From positions 5,485 to 69,484 of the forward strand of contig JBKBOT010000004.1 in assembly GCA_046293555.1 (NCBI GenBank): a DNA stretch of 64,000 nt, written 5' to 3'. The notes beneath the pieces were generated by a model, which was not told the origin of the DNA, did not search any database, and was given only the letters and a program-made list of their open reading frames with translations. Position numbers and translations under genes: made by a program. Positions 37,254 through 46,922 of this stretch are shown here, one piece after another. Within the stretch, counting starts at the first letter, position 1; each line of letters opens with the position of its first letter. The stretch comes from Pyrobaculum sp. Its GTDB lineage: Archaea; Thermoproteota; Thermoprotei; Thermoproteales; Thermoproteaceae.

Positions 37254-37811
37254 ATGAAGTGGGTAACTGTAGTAATAATAATAGCGGTGGTGGTGATAGC
37301 AGCCGTAACGGCAATAACCCTCTCAGGACTTGGCGCAACGCCTGCACACACACCAACACCTACTCCCACAACGGCGACACCTACCCCCCCTACGACTCCC
37401 ACCACGCCGACAGCGCCCGGCACGCCGGCCCCCACTCCAGGCGGCGTTAAATACAACGCCGAACTTGCCCAAAAGGGAGTAAAGTATTTCAGTGAACTTG
37501 GATGTACGGCTTGTCACAGCGTGAAGTCTTTAGGCATTTCTGGCGGCGCCGTGGGGCCTGATTTAAGCAAGGCGTTATCCAGCGAGACTCAATGGCTCGG
37601 TAAGTACTATAAGGAAAACGGCCTGACTAACCCGGCGGCCGACCCAGAAAAAGCTGCTGAGTTACTTGCCAAGTATTTTGAGTCGCCACCTTCTTATTCG
37701 GTAACTATGTTGGCGCAGGTTCAGACATATAAGTCGCTTTATGGCGACGACTGGGTTAAGCAGTATGTGCCGGCGTTTGTAGAAATGTTTAAAATGGCGG
37801 CGTCGAGGTGA
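37254..37811 (+). CDS. Membrane-anchored monoheme cytochrome c (bc-complex partner)
   Basis: TM, Thr/Pro stalk, CTACH, GPDLSKAL; clear paralog of 19635-20228. Confidence 0.85.
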   Translation: MKWVTVVIIIAVVVIAAVTAITLSGLGATPAHTPTPTPTTATPTPPTTPTTPTAPGTPAPTPGGVKYNAELAQKGVKYFSELGCTACHSVKSLGISGGAVGPDLSKALSSETQWLGKYYKENGLTNPAADPEKAAELLAKYFESPPSYSVTMLAQVQTYKSLYGDDWVKQYVPAFVEMFKMAASR

Positions 37812-38362
37812 TGACTGACGAAAAGAGGAGGGAAACCCTCAAGTTTTTTATCGGCACCTCTGCCGCGTTGGGCGTCGGCATGTTGGCCACACCCCTTGTG
37901 GCTTCTCTAGTGGGCAACCGCGCCGCCTTGCTGGGAGAAAGTTCTACAGTTAGCGCAATACCTGTAGAGATCTGTAAGTCGCCGGAGGGATGTCCCCACG
38001 GCGTCCCGCTGGAAGAGCTCCGCGGCGGGCCTGTGTTTAGGCTTATTAAGGTAAACACCATGGCCATACCGGCGGTGTTCGGCCTCGTGAGGGCTACAGA
38101 CGGGAAGGAGTACCCAGCCGCCTATGTGGCCATATGTACACATTTCGGCTGCCCTCTAAACGTCTCTGGCGGCAAGTACCTCACTGGCTTCTTCTGTCCA
38201 TGTCACGGCAGCTTCTTTGCGGTATGTAACAACCCCAACGGCTGCCCCAAGGGGAGGTTTCTGGAGATGTTTGTACAAGGAGGCCCGGCGGTAAGGTCCC
38301 TTAGGGCGATAAAGGTGGAGGTAAAAGACGGGGTTGTGTACCCGCTGGTTGCCTACATATGA
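37808..38362 (+). CDS. Rieske [2Fe-2S] protein
   Basis: Tat RRETLK, CTHFGC, CPCHGS. Confidence 0.95.
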   Translation: MMTDEKRRETLKFFIGTSAALGVGMLATPLVASLVGNRAALLGESSTVSAIPVEICKSPEGCPHGVPLEELRGGPVFRLIKVNTMAIPAVFGLVRATDGKEYPAAYVAICTHFGCPLNVSGGKYLTGFFCPCHGSFFAVCNNPNGCPKGRFLEMFVQGGPAVRSLRAIKVEVKDGVVYPLVAYI

Positions 38363-39591
38363 GGGTCTTCAGCAGGCTTTGGGAACTCATCCTGGAGCGT
38401 TTCCACCTAAAGGAGTTTTTAGAACACCCGGTGCCCCGCTATTCTAACATAAACCCCCTCTACTGGTTTGGCGACGTGGCGGCCGTCAGCTTCTTTCTGT
38501 TGGCTCTCACAGGCTTCTTCCTGGCGCTTATGTACACCCCCAGCGTAAATGTGGCGACTATACCCACCACAGCGCTTGCCCCTTGGGATATCCTCCACGT
38601 GCCTGCCTCAGCTGAGGTTCAAGCCACTGGGAGTTACCTCAGCGTCTATAAGACCGCCTATCTGACCCCATTTGGCTTTATACTGAGGCAATTCCACCTA
38701 TGGGCGGCATATATGATGATTATGGCCGTCTTGGTGCACTTTTTTGCCAAATTTGTCCTAGGTGCCTACAAGAGGAGGGGCGGCGGCGCCCTCTGGCTGT
38801 TAGGCGTCCTGTTGGGCTTCCTCACTATAAACCAGGCGGTTCTGGGGTACATACTGCCTCTCCATCTTGACGGCATCTTGGCCCTCATGATTGGGCTAAA
38901 TCTCTTCCGCTATTTTGACTACCTTGGAATACCTGTGGGCAACGCCATAATTGCGCTGGTGGGCTCTAACTACCCCACCAACGGCGTGATTCAAGTAATC
39001 TACGTGGCCCACATCTTGATCGTACCTGCCATAATTTTAATACTTCTAGCCCTTAAGATACAGGGGATTCTCTACGGCGGCGTGTCCCCCCCGCCCATAA
39101 GAGACGAGGCTGTGAGAGAGAGGCTGGTTAAAGACGTGGAGCCCTTCTACCCCCACAGGTTTGCACTAATGGTGGGGCAAGTCTTTCTACAGATTTCCCT
39201 CCTGTTGCTACTAGTTGCCTTCTTCCCACAGCCTCTACTAGAGCCGTGGGCCCCTGGCGAGCTTGTGCCGGCTGGAGTCAGGCCGCCCTGGCCGGTCATG
39301 TGGTATTACACATACGTGAAGATGATCGACCCGTTTATCTCTGTGGGCATGCCGATAATAATGGTCCTCTTCGCGCTGGTAGTGCCCCTGCTAGATAGAA
39401 GCAAGGGGATTACCGTGGGAGAGAGGTGGGTGTGGGTAGTAATCGCAATTATATACATGGCCATTATTGGCTACGGCTCGGTGTTGGGCTTTATAATCGA
39501 CATCCCGCGGCAAATTACGCCATTTACGCAAATCGCCGTACCTCCAGAGAGCGCAGTTCCCTATATCTCAACGCCGCAGCCTGTGGGCTAA
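38359..39591 (+). CDS. Cytochrome b of a Rieske/cytochrome b complex
   Basis: LRQFHLWAA, VHFF, GYILP, YVAHI, RPPWPVMWYY. Confidence 0.92.
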   Translation: MRVFSRLWELILERFHLKEFLEHPVPRYSNINPLYWFGDVAAVSFFLLALTGFFLALMYTPSVNVATIPTTALAPWDILHVPASAEVQATGSYLSVYKTAYLTPFGFILRQFHLWAAYMMIMAVLVHFFAKFVLGAYKRRGGGALWLLGVLLGFLTINQAVLGYILPLHLDGILALMIGLNLFRYFDYLGIPVGNAIIALVGSNYPTNGVIQVIYVAHILIVPAIILILLALKIQGILYGGVSPPPIRDEAVRERLVKDVEPFYPHRFALMVGQVFLQISLLLLLVAFFPQPLLEPWAPGELVPAGVRPPWPVMWYYTYVKMIDPFISVGMPIIMVLFALVVPLLDRSKGITVGERWVWVVIAIIYMAIIGYGSVLGFIIDIPRQITPFTQIAVPPESAVPYISTPQPVG

Positions 39592-39592
39592 T

Positions 39593-39928
39593 ATGGAGCC
39601 GCTGTCTCCTTCCACGCTCGCGTGGATTACTGCCGGCGTAGCCGTGCCGGCGGTGGTGCTGGTATATGCGCTAAATGGGGTAGACAGGAGGTGGGCTACC
39701 GCAGTTGGGCTAATCTCTGTGATAGCGCTAATGGCCATATTTGGATATACGGCAAACGTCATAATGTCTTTCTACAGCGCCGTGGAGTTTCCGCCAGATG
39801 TCCACACCATAGAGCTGGGCGTGGCCTACCAGAGGGTGGCCGCCGGACAGCTGGCTGCAGCATCTATGGTCATAGGCCTTCTCGCAATTGGTTACTACAT
39901 GGAGATTTCGAAGAGGGGCCATGAGTAG
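39593..39928 (+). CDS. Small membrane protein in the bc operon
   Basis: 3 TMs, 1 nt after the cytochrome b stop. Confidence 0.65.
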   Translation: MEPLSPSTLAWITAGVAVPAVVLVYALNGVDRRWATAVGLISVIALMAIFGYTANVIMSFYSAVEFPPDVHTIELGVAYQRVAAGQLAAASMVIGLLAIGYYMEISKRGHE

Positions 39929-40172
39929 AGAGTCCATATTGATAATACTGGCCGCCATTGTCGCGGTGGGGATGGTGTTGCTAAACTACGGCCTTACTTA
40001 CGTCCAGGAGGTGTATAACGCCCTCGCCAACGCGCCAAGAGACCTAGCAGAGCTGAGGGCAGACAAGGTGGAAAGCCTCTGGATGCTTCAAAGCGCCGTG
40101 TGGACCGGTGTATTTGCCCTCTCGATGGTGGCAGTAATGGCATATTTATATTACCTAACTCAAGAAAAATAA
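39921..40172 (+). CDS. Small 2-TM membrane protein in the bc operon
   Basis: ATG 39921 overlaps the previous gene; two TMs. Confidence 0.6.
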   Translation: MSRESILIILAAIVAVGMVLLNYGLTYVQEVYNALANAPRDLAELRADKVESLWMLQSAVWTGVFALSMVAVMAYLYYLTQEK

Positions 40173-40343
40173 AATCTATAAAACCCAGATTTTCTACAAA
40201 AAAGTTGAACTTTATATAAATTTATGTCATAGTGTACATATTTATGAATTTGTGTAAAATTATATAGCTTTATAGATGAAATTCTATATTTATTAAAAAA
40301 TCCTTCGGAAAAAAATTTATAAATAACTTGAATTCTGTTCTAT

Positions 40344-40463
40344 ATGGAGGGCAGAGAAGAAGCAAAAGGCGCTTTGGCTACTATGTTGATATATGCTGCA
40401 ATATTTGCCGCACTTTGGTTTTTGGTTTATACAGTCACGTTAGGTAGAGGCATAGTGGGGTAG
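40344..40463 (+). CDS. cbaD: ba3 oxidase subunit IIa (CbaD-like, 39 aa)
   Basis: MEGREEAKGALATMLIYAAIFAALWFLVYTVTLGRGIVG; KGA..W..VY..RG pattern of subunit IIa; 2 nt before cbaB. Confidence 0.8.
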   Translation: MEGREEAKGALATMLIYAAIFAALWFLVYTVTLGRGIVG

Positions 40464-40465
40464 CT

Positions 40466-40942
40466 ATGACGATACACAGAGAAGAGAAGATCTGGGCCGC
40501 CGTGGTAGCGGCGATGGTCGCCATATTTCTGGCGGCGCTTGCCTACGCCGCGTGGGTAATCGGCCTCCAGGTCCCCGGCGGGGAGGTAGAGTTAGTCAAC
40601 CCCAAGACTGTCCTACAGGAGTTTAAGCCTGGCGTGAGGGAGGTGGCGCCGGGGAGATATGAGGTGACTCTAGTGGGGCGGATGTTTTCGTGGTTTCCCT
40701 CAGAGATCACGCTAAAGGACCCCGTAGAGGTGAAGTTCAGGCTTACCTCTCTCGACGTGATACACGGCTTTCAGATTGTCGGCACTAATGTAAACGTCAT
40801 GGTGTTTCCAGGCTATGTGGCAGAAATCACGTGGAGAGTGCCGCCAAATGCAGAGGGGAAATACCTAGTGGTATGTAACGAGTACTGTGGCATCGGCCAT
40901 CAGAACATGTACGGCGTCGTGAATATAGTTCGTAGTAAATAA
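40466..40942 (+). CDS. cbaB: ba3-type oxidase subunit II (CuA)
   Basis: EEKIW, DVIHGF, CNEYCGIGHQNM. Confidence 0.93.
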   Translation: MTIHREEKIWAAVVAAMVAIFLAALAYAAWVIGLQVPGGEVELVNPKTVLQEFKPGVREVAPGRYEVTLVGRMFSWFPSEITLKDPVEVKFRLTSLDVIHGFQIVGTNVNVMVFPGYVAEITWRVPPNAEGKYLVVCNEYCGIGHQNMYGVVNIVRSK

Positions 40943-40989
40943 GTGTAAAGAATAGAAAAGTTTATAAATTGAACTTCTTTTTTTATTAC

Positions 40990-42651
40990 ATGTTAAGTCA
41001 AAAATTTGTGGTTGAAGATAAGGTGGCCAAGATTGCGTTGGTGTTTAGCTTTGTGCTCCTGTTGTTAGGGGGGCTTTTTGGCTTTCTACAGGTGATTTCT
41101 AGAGCTCCCGGCATGCCTGCGTTACAGACTGCAGATATTTACTATATGGGCTTGACTCTTCACGGAGTTGCTCTGGCGGTGTTATGGACTGCCTTTTTTA
41201 TCGTGGGGCTTGCCGTGTTTGTACTGACGAGAGAACTGGGGCTAAACATGAACGCGCCGCTTCTACTAGGCGGCGCCGTCTTGGCTATCTTAGGTAGCTT
41301 GATGGGCGCCGTGGCTATACTTTCTGGCCAGGCCTCAGTTCTATATACCTTCTACCCGCCGCTGCAAGCCACGCCGCTGTTTTTCATAGGCCTTGCGGTA
41401 GTTTTAATCGGCACGTGGCTAATTGGCGCCGCTGTGATTGAAGTTTTTCTGAGGTGGCGGCGGCTGAATCCAGGCAAGGAGGTGCCCCTAGGTACCTACG
41501 GGGTGCTTACAACCATTGTGATCTGGCTTTTAGCCACGCCGCCTTTGGCCTATGCCGTAATTTTCTTCTCTATCCCCATGTCGTTGATGAATGCGCCGGT
41601 AGATGTGCTATGGTGGCGCCTCTGGTTCTGGTTTTTCGGCCACCCCCTGGTTTACTTCTGGCTTGTGCCCGCCATCACGGTCTGGTACGTAGTTTTGCCT
41701 AAAGTGTTGGGAACTGAGGTGTTTAGCAAGACTATGGCTAAGGTCGCCTTTATGTTGTATATCATCGCCTCGGTGCCGGTGGGGCTACACCACCAGTTTG
41801 TAGACCCCGGCGTCCACCCGGTCTATAAGTATCTACACACCGTGTTGACATATCTAGTGGCTGTGCCGTCTTTCCTCACGGCGCTAAACGTGTTGGCTAC
41901 TTTAGAGAGGGCAGGCCGCATGAGGGGTGGGAAGGGGCTCTTTGGCTGGATTGCCAAACTGCCTTGGGGGAAAGACCCGGTCTTTACGGGCATAACTTTT
42001 GCCATCATCCTCTTCGGCATTGCGGGGTTTTCGGGCGTTGTCAACGCCTCCTTTAATGTGAACTACATGGTGCACAACACCGCGTGGGTGGTGGGACATT
42101 TCCACCTCACGGTAGGTGGAGGAATCACGTTGACCTTTATAGCCACCTCGTTCCTACTAGTCCCCCTGTTGTTTGGCAGAGATTACGTCGGCAAGAAGTT
42201 ATTAATCGCGGTGCCAGCCCTGTGGTTTGTAGGCCAGCTGATTTTCGGCTTTGCCTACCACCTTGCGGGCATTTATGGCGCCCCCAGAAGGACGTTTCTA
42301 GCTGAAGCCGGCTACTTCCACCAGACGGACCTCCTGCAGTCGTTACATTTTGTCCCTCAGTGGGTTCCACTACTTCAAATTGGGGCTGTGGGCGGGGTTA
42401 TTTTCGCCATAGGCGGCGCCTTGTTCATACTGCTAACTTTCGCCACTATAGCTAGAGGCCCTAGGGTACAGCTAAGCGGCGGCGAGGCGTCGCCGGAGCT
42501 AGGGCCAGCTGGCTTTTTAGACAGGCTGGGGCTGTTAGTGCTAATCGCCATAGTGATAATTGTGATTGCCTACGCGCTGCCTGTTGTAGAGATATACAGC
42601 AGGGGCTTTTCGCCGGCGCCGCCGTATTGGCCCACGGGGGCGGCAAGTTAA
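40990..42651 (+). CDS. cbaA: ba3-type (family B) oxidase subunit I
   Basis: LTLHG, WFFGHPLVY, GLHHQFVDP, VVGHFHLTV; intact frame. Confidence 0.93.
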   Translation: MLSQKFVVEDKVAKIALVFSFVLLLLGGLFGFLQVISRAPGMPALQTADIYYMGLTLHGVALAVLWTAFFIVGLAVFVLTRELGLNMNAPLLLGGAVLAILGSLMGAVAILSGQASVLYTFYPPLQATPLFFIGLAVVLIGTWLIGAAVIEVFLRWRRLNPGKEVPLGTYGVLTTIVIWLLATPPLAYAVIFFSIPMSLMNAPVDVLWWRLWFWFFGHPLVYFWLVPAITVWYVVLPKVLGTEVFSKTMAKVAFMLYIIASVPVGLHHQFVDPGVHPVYKYLHTVLTYLVAVPSFLTALNVLATLERAGRMRGGKGLFGWIAKLPWGKDPVFTGITFAIILFGIAGFSGVVNASFNVNYMVHNTAWVVGHFHLTVGGGITLTFIATSFLLVPLLFGRDYVGKKLLIAVPALWFVGQLIFGFAYHLAGIYGAPRRTFLAEAGYFHQTDLLQSLHFVPQWVPLLQIGAVGGVIFAIGGALFILLTFATIARGPRVQLSGGEASPELGPAGFLDRLGLLVLIAIVIIVIAYALPVVEIYSRGFSPAPPYWPTGAAS

Positions 42652-42673
42652 AATACCCCTCCCTTTTTTTCCC

Positions 42674-43291
42674 GTGAGGTTTTTCCCCATCCTCATCCTG
42701 GCCGTAGCAATTCCCTTCATAGTGGCTATAGTTATGCAGCTTGGGGGCACCACCGCCGAGGAGCACTCAGGTCTTTTTGAGAGAGTTGTCCCCATTTGCT
42801 ACCCCCCGGGCCGGGAGCCAGAGGCGTATGACTTCCAGCTGGTGGACCAGTTCGGCAGGTCGGTGAGGCTCTCCCAGCTGTGGGGTGGGGCGGTGTTGAT
42901 TACTTTTACCTATAGCTACTGTCCCGACGTCTGTCCGTTAATGCACCTAGTGCTCAACAGGTCGCTCCCCCACATAAGGCCGTATATAGCCCATGTGTTA
43001 GACGTCTCTCTCGACCCCGAGAGAGACACTGTGGAGAGGTTATATCACTACGCTATGGGCAATCGTTACAACTGGACCTTTCTTACGGGCGACTTGAGGG
43101 CTCTGGAGGCCGTCTGGAGGGCATATGGCGTGACCCGCTCTGTGACATATGTGGGCGGCCAGCCGTATATAGTACACGACGTGGTTTGGGCCGTGGTAAA
43201 AGACGGCAGGCTGTTAGGCATGGTGAGGGGGCTCCCGTCGCCCGAAACGCTTTCGCAATATCTGGCGAGAATTGTGGAGAGGAGATGTTAG
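42674..43291 (+). CDS. SCO1/SenC copper chaperone
   Basis: FTYSYCPDVCP, distal His (VHD). Confidence 0.9.
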   Translation: MRFFPILILAVAIPFIVAIVMQLGGTTAEEHSGLFERVVPICYPPGREPEAYDFQLVDQFGRSVRLSQLWGGAVLITFTYSYCPDVCPLMHLVLNRSLPHIRPYIAHVLDVSLDPERDTVERLYHYAMGNRYNWTFLTGDLRALEAVWRAYGVTRSVTYVGGQPYIVHDVVWAVVKDGRLLGMVRGLPSPETLSQYLARIVERRC

Positions 43292-43650
43292 ACCTAATAC
43301 TTAGGGCCTTGTTGCAATGTCCAGGCCCCTACTTCCGCCAGCTTTCAAAAGAGCTGTCCATACCGGTGGGCACTCTTGACTACTACCTCACAAAGCTGAC
43401 TAGAGAAAGGCTGGCATATAGGCTGGGGTCTCGGCCCCGGTATTACCACATCAAGACAGCCCTCGAGGAGGCCCTGGCGATATATATACTACGGGAGGGT
43501 CCGAGGGCACTGGCGGAATTTCCAGAGGCTAAATGTGGCAAGTCTCTATGCCCAACAGTCAGAAACCTCATGGCTGCTGCGTTAGATAAATATCCATGTC
43601 TAAGGAGAGACGTTGTGGAAAACTACATAACCCTCATGATGTTGATATAG
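43285..43650 (+). CDS. Winged-helix regulator
   Basis: PGPYFRQLSKELSIPVGTLDYYL; ATG 43285. Confidence 0.7.
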   Translation: MLDLILRALLQCPGPYFRQLSKELSIPVGTLDYYLTKLTRERLAYRLGSRPRYYHIKTALEEALAIYILREGPRALAEFPEAKCGKSLCPTVRNLMAAALDKYPCLRRDVVENYITLMMLI

Positions 43651-43750
43651 CCGCGTTTTTACCGCAGCGATACTAGAACAGCTTTTGGAGATTTTTGAAG
43701 GTTGTTGTTCCAAAACTTTTATAAAGTCTTGTGTGACAAGTGGAGGGGGA

Positions 43751-43767
43751 GGTTAATGTGATTAACC
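43751..43767. promoter_or_regulatory. Candidate denitrification operator (GGTTAAT-GTG-ATTAACC)
   Basis: Perfect 7-bp palindrome 7 nt before TTATAT (43775); nosZ ATG at 43802. Confidence 0.7.
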
Positions 43768-43801
43768 TAAAGGCTTATATGTGTAGTGGTAGGCATGGAT
43801 C

Positions 43802-45928
43802 ATGAGCCGGGTTAGAGTTTATGGATCTGCGGCGTCGGGTGGGGGCAAGCCCACGAGGGTCAAGATCTCGAGGCGTGAGGTGATTGCAGGTGTCGGCGGG
43901 TTGGCGGTAGGCCTTGTGGGTGGCTATGCGTTAAGCACTCTCTTGCAGAAAGGCGCCGTGGCGCCGGCGCCGCCTGGCGTGTGGGAAGAGGTACAGAAGA
44001 TAGCAACTGCGCGGAAGCTCTCTCCTGACGACGTCACAGCTGCCGTCAAGACCTATCTGCCGGGCACTATGCATGACGAGTTTTATCTATTCTCGAGCGG
44101 CGGCCACTCCGGCCAGGTGGGGGTTATGGGGATACCGTCGATGAAGCTATATCGCATTATTGCCGTATTTACTCCAGAGCCTTGGCAGGGGTGGGGATAT
44201 CACGACAAGAAGACTATGGAGACTTTATTTAGCGAAAGAGCCACTGCCGGCAGGCCGCTGGCGTGGGGTGACACACACCACCCGGAGTTTGATAGACAAA
44301 ATGCAGAGTATGTAGGCAGGTGGCTTTTCATAGGCGACAAAGTCCACGGCAGGGCTGCCGCCATTTCTCTATTGGACTTTGAGCCTAAAGACATTGTGAA
44401 GATACCAAACGTCCAGACTATCCACGGCGGCGCCTTCACTACGCCGAACACCGAATATGTGCTCTACGCCACGCAGTACCCAGCGCCATGGGAGCCCGGG
44501 AGGGGGTATAAGCCCGGCGTGACTAAAGTGCCGTGGTTACAGGTTGTAAAAGAGGAGAAATACTTCTTTGAATATATGAGGGGGGCTCTCACCTTCCTTG
44601 CCTTTGATAGAGGCACCGGGCGGTTTGACCTCACGAGGAGCTTCCAGATCGAGGTTCCGCCCTACGTCCAGGACTTGGCGACAATTAGCTGGGGTCCCGG
44701 CGACGGCTTGGCGTTTGTAAATTCTTTCGGCACTGAGGGCATGTTCGGCGAGGTGCCTTACGAGGCCAAGTTGTCTAAAAACGACTTTGACCTCCTCCAC
44801 ATCGTGCAGTGGAAGAAGGCGGAGGAGCTTTGTCTAAAGCAGGGACGTTGTAAGGAGATAAACGGCATTAAGGTGTTATCTCTAGAAGACGCGGTGAGGG
44901 AGGGAGTGTTGTTTTTCGCTAGAGAGCCCAAGAGCCCACACGGCGTGGACACCTCGCCGGGAGGTAATTTCATATCGGTCGGCGGGAAGCTTGCCCCCTA
45001 TGCCACAATCTACGGCGCTGAGAGAGTGAAGAGGGCAATTGCAGATGGGAAGTTTGAGGGGAGGGATAGATATGGCGTGCCTATACTAGATTTCGGCTCT
45101 ATAGTGGCCGGGCAGGTGGAGGCGTGTCTAGGGCCTCTCCACACGGAGTTCGACGGGAGGGGCAATGCGTATATAAGCTGTTTTGTGGAAAACGTGGTTA
45201 CTAAATTCTCTCTCGGCCCTCCAGAGTATAGAGGCGATAAGCCGTTTTCTGTATTAGATAAGGTGGCTATTCACTACAATGTTGGCCATATCTGTGTGCC
45301 TGAGTCCAACTCGCCGAATCCCGCCGGCAAGTATCTAGTGGCTATGAACAAGTGGTCAATTGACCGCTTCATGTCCGCAGGCCCGTTACTGCCGCAAAAC
45401 TTCCAGCTGATTGACATATCTGGCGAGAAGATGAAATTGTTGCTAGATGTCCCCATTGGCTGGGGCGAGCCTCATTACGCCAAGGCGATTAGGTCTGAGA
45501 AGCTCAAGCCTCCAGCTGTATATCCAGTTGGCGCCAATCCGCATGTGATGAAAGGTGGCGAGTTCCAGATAGACCCCAACGCCGTGACTGAGGTGGGGAA
45601 GGAGAGGGTTGAGCGCCGCCAGCTGCCAGACGGGCGTTGGGTCACAGAGGTGTGGGGGACTGTCATCAGATCTACGATAAGGCCCATCATAATTGTGGCA
45701 AAGAGGGGAGACTTGGTGAGACTACATTTAACCAACGTGGAGAAGAGTATAGACGCCACACATGGCCTCGCCATTGCGGAATACAATGTGGCCGCATCTC
45801 TAGAGCCTGGGGAATATGCGTTAATAGAGTTTGTAGCTGACATACCTGGCGTGTTTGCGTTTTACTGCTACGAGTTCTGCTCGCCGCTTCACCTAGAAAT
45901 GGTCGGATGGCTGGTGGTGGAGGAATAA
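43802..45928 (+). CDS. nosZ: Nitrous oxide reductase
   Basis: Tat SRREV, FSSGGHSGQ, GDTHH, IHG, SPHG, GPLHT, GEPH, CuA CYEFCSPLHLEM. Confidence 0.96.
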   Translation: MSRVRVYGSAASGGGKPTRVKISRREVIAGVGGLAVGLVGGYALSTLLQKGAVAPAPPGVWEEVQKIATARKLSPDDVTAAVKTYLPGTMHDEFYLFSSGGHSGQVGVMGIPSMKLYRIIAVFTPEPWQGWGYHDKKTMETLFSERATAGRPLAWGDTHHPEFDRQNAEYVGRWLFIGDKVHGRAAAISLLDFEPKDIVKIPNVQTIHGGAFTTPNTEYVLYATQYPAPWEPGRGYKPGVTKVPWLQVVKEEKYFFEYMRGALTFLAFDRGTGRFDLTRSFQIEVPPYVQDLATISWGPGDGLAFVNSFGTEGMFGEVPYEAKLSKNDFDLLHIVQWKKAEELCLKQGRCKEINGIKVLSLEDAVREGVLFFAREPKSPHGVDTSPGGNFISVGGKLAPYATIYGAERVKRAIADGKFEGRDRYGVPILDFGSIVAGQVEACLGPLHTEFDGRGNAYISCFVENVVTKFSLGPPEYRGDKPFSVLDKVAIHYNVGHICVPESNSPNPAGKYLVAMNKWSIDRFMSAGPLLPQNFQLIDISGEKMKLLLDVPIGWGEPHYAKAIRSEKLKPPAVYPVGANPHVMKGGEFQIDPNAVTEVGKERVERRQLPDGRWVTEVWGTVIRSTIRPIIIVAKRGDLVRLHLTNVEKSIDATHGLAIAEYNVAASLEPGEYALIEFVADIPGVFAFYCYEFCSPLHLEMVGWLVVEE

Positions 45929-46371
45929 GTCGGCGGGTTGTAGTCATGTCTCTTGTCGCCATTGCCTCCGGGGCGGCAGTTTTTTTCCTCCCTCCAAGGA
46001 GGGAGAATTCCCCCGAAATTAGGCTGGGGGTAGATAAATGCGCCGTCTGTCAAATGGTTATTGTAGACAAGAGGTTTGCCGCCGTCTATCGCCATGAGGG
46101 GAGGTGGGAGAAATTTGACGACGTTATATGTCTCCTCCGTTATCTCAAAGAAATTGGGCGGCTTGACGATATTAAAAACGCCTATGTATATGACTACCTC
46201 TCTGGAAGGTTGGTAAAGGCGTCGGAGGCCTATTTTGTCATAACAAAGAAGATACCTACCCCCATGGGCTCTGGAATTGTGGCGTTTATAGATAGAGAAC
46301 AAGCCGCGGCATATTCGGAAGACGGGAAGATCTACACTATAGAAGAGCTAGCGGAGAAAGTCTTGCCATGA
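45907..46371 (+). CDS. nosL: NosL
   Basis: CAVCQM, FDDVICL, TPMGSG. Confidence 0.88.
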   Translation: MAGGGGISRRVVVMSLVAIASGAAVFFLPPRRENSPEIRLGVDKCAVCQMVIVDKRFAAVYRHEGRWEKFDDVICLLRYLKEIGRLDDIKNAYVYDYLSGRLVKASEAYFVITKKIPTPMGSGIVAFIDREQAAAYSEDGKIYTIEELAEKVLP

Positions 46372-46922
46372 GGCTGGCGGTAAGGCCCATAGCCCTTGTA
46401 GGCCTCGTGTTGATTTTAATTAGCTACGCCTTCCCCTTCTGGTCTACTTACTTGTCTTCGCCTATATTTGGCTACACCCGGCAGGTATATATCAAGGTGA
46501 TGTTGGCTGGATATGTGGATTACACCCCTCCTGACGCCCTCCTGCAGTTAAATATAGCCCATCACTACGTCGGCTTGCCGCCTCTAGAGCCCGAAAAAAT
46601 GATTGAGCTGAAGCTCATGCCCCTTCTGCCGGCTGGGCTTTTTGTGGTCTACCTTCTGTATCTATTTGGCAAACTAAGGCCCAGGTGGCTTCTCTTGGTT
46701 ACATACCTGGCGCTGATAGGCGGCGTGGCTTACTTCCAGTGGTGGCTATATAACCTCGGCCACAGCATAACGCCGGGGGCGCCTGTGAAGATCGAGCCGT
46801 TTACGCCAATGGTTGTGGGCGCGTACCAAATCGCCAATTTCACGGCATTAAACCTCTTAGACGTGGGCTTCTGGCTTCTGGCCATAGCCCCGGTGTTTGC
46901 ATATCTGGGACGTAAAAAGTGA
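46368..46922 (+). CDS. NosB-like 4-TM membrane protein
   Basis: PFW...LNIAHHYVGL pattern of the accessory membrane protein of clade II nos clusters. Confidence 0.7.
   Translation: MRLAVRPIALVGLVLILISYAFPFWSTYLSSPIFGYTRQVYIKVMLAGYVDYTPPDALLQLNIAHHYVGLPPLEPEKMIELKLMPLLPAGLFVVYLLYLFGKLRPRWLLLVTYLALIGGVAYFQWWLYNLGHSITPGAPVKIEPFTPMVVGAYQIANFTALNLLDVGFWLLAIAPVFAYLGRKK

Noticed and set aside
37806-37820. GTGATGACTGA, resembling C/D boxes
   Set aside because: The boxes are adjacent with no guide region; it is simply the Rieske start codons.
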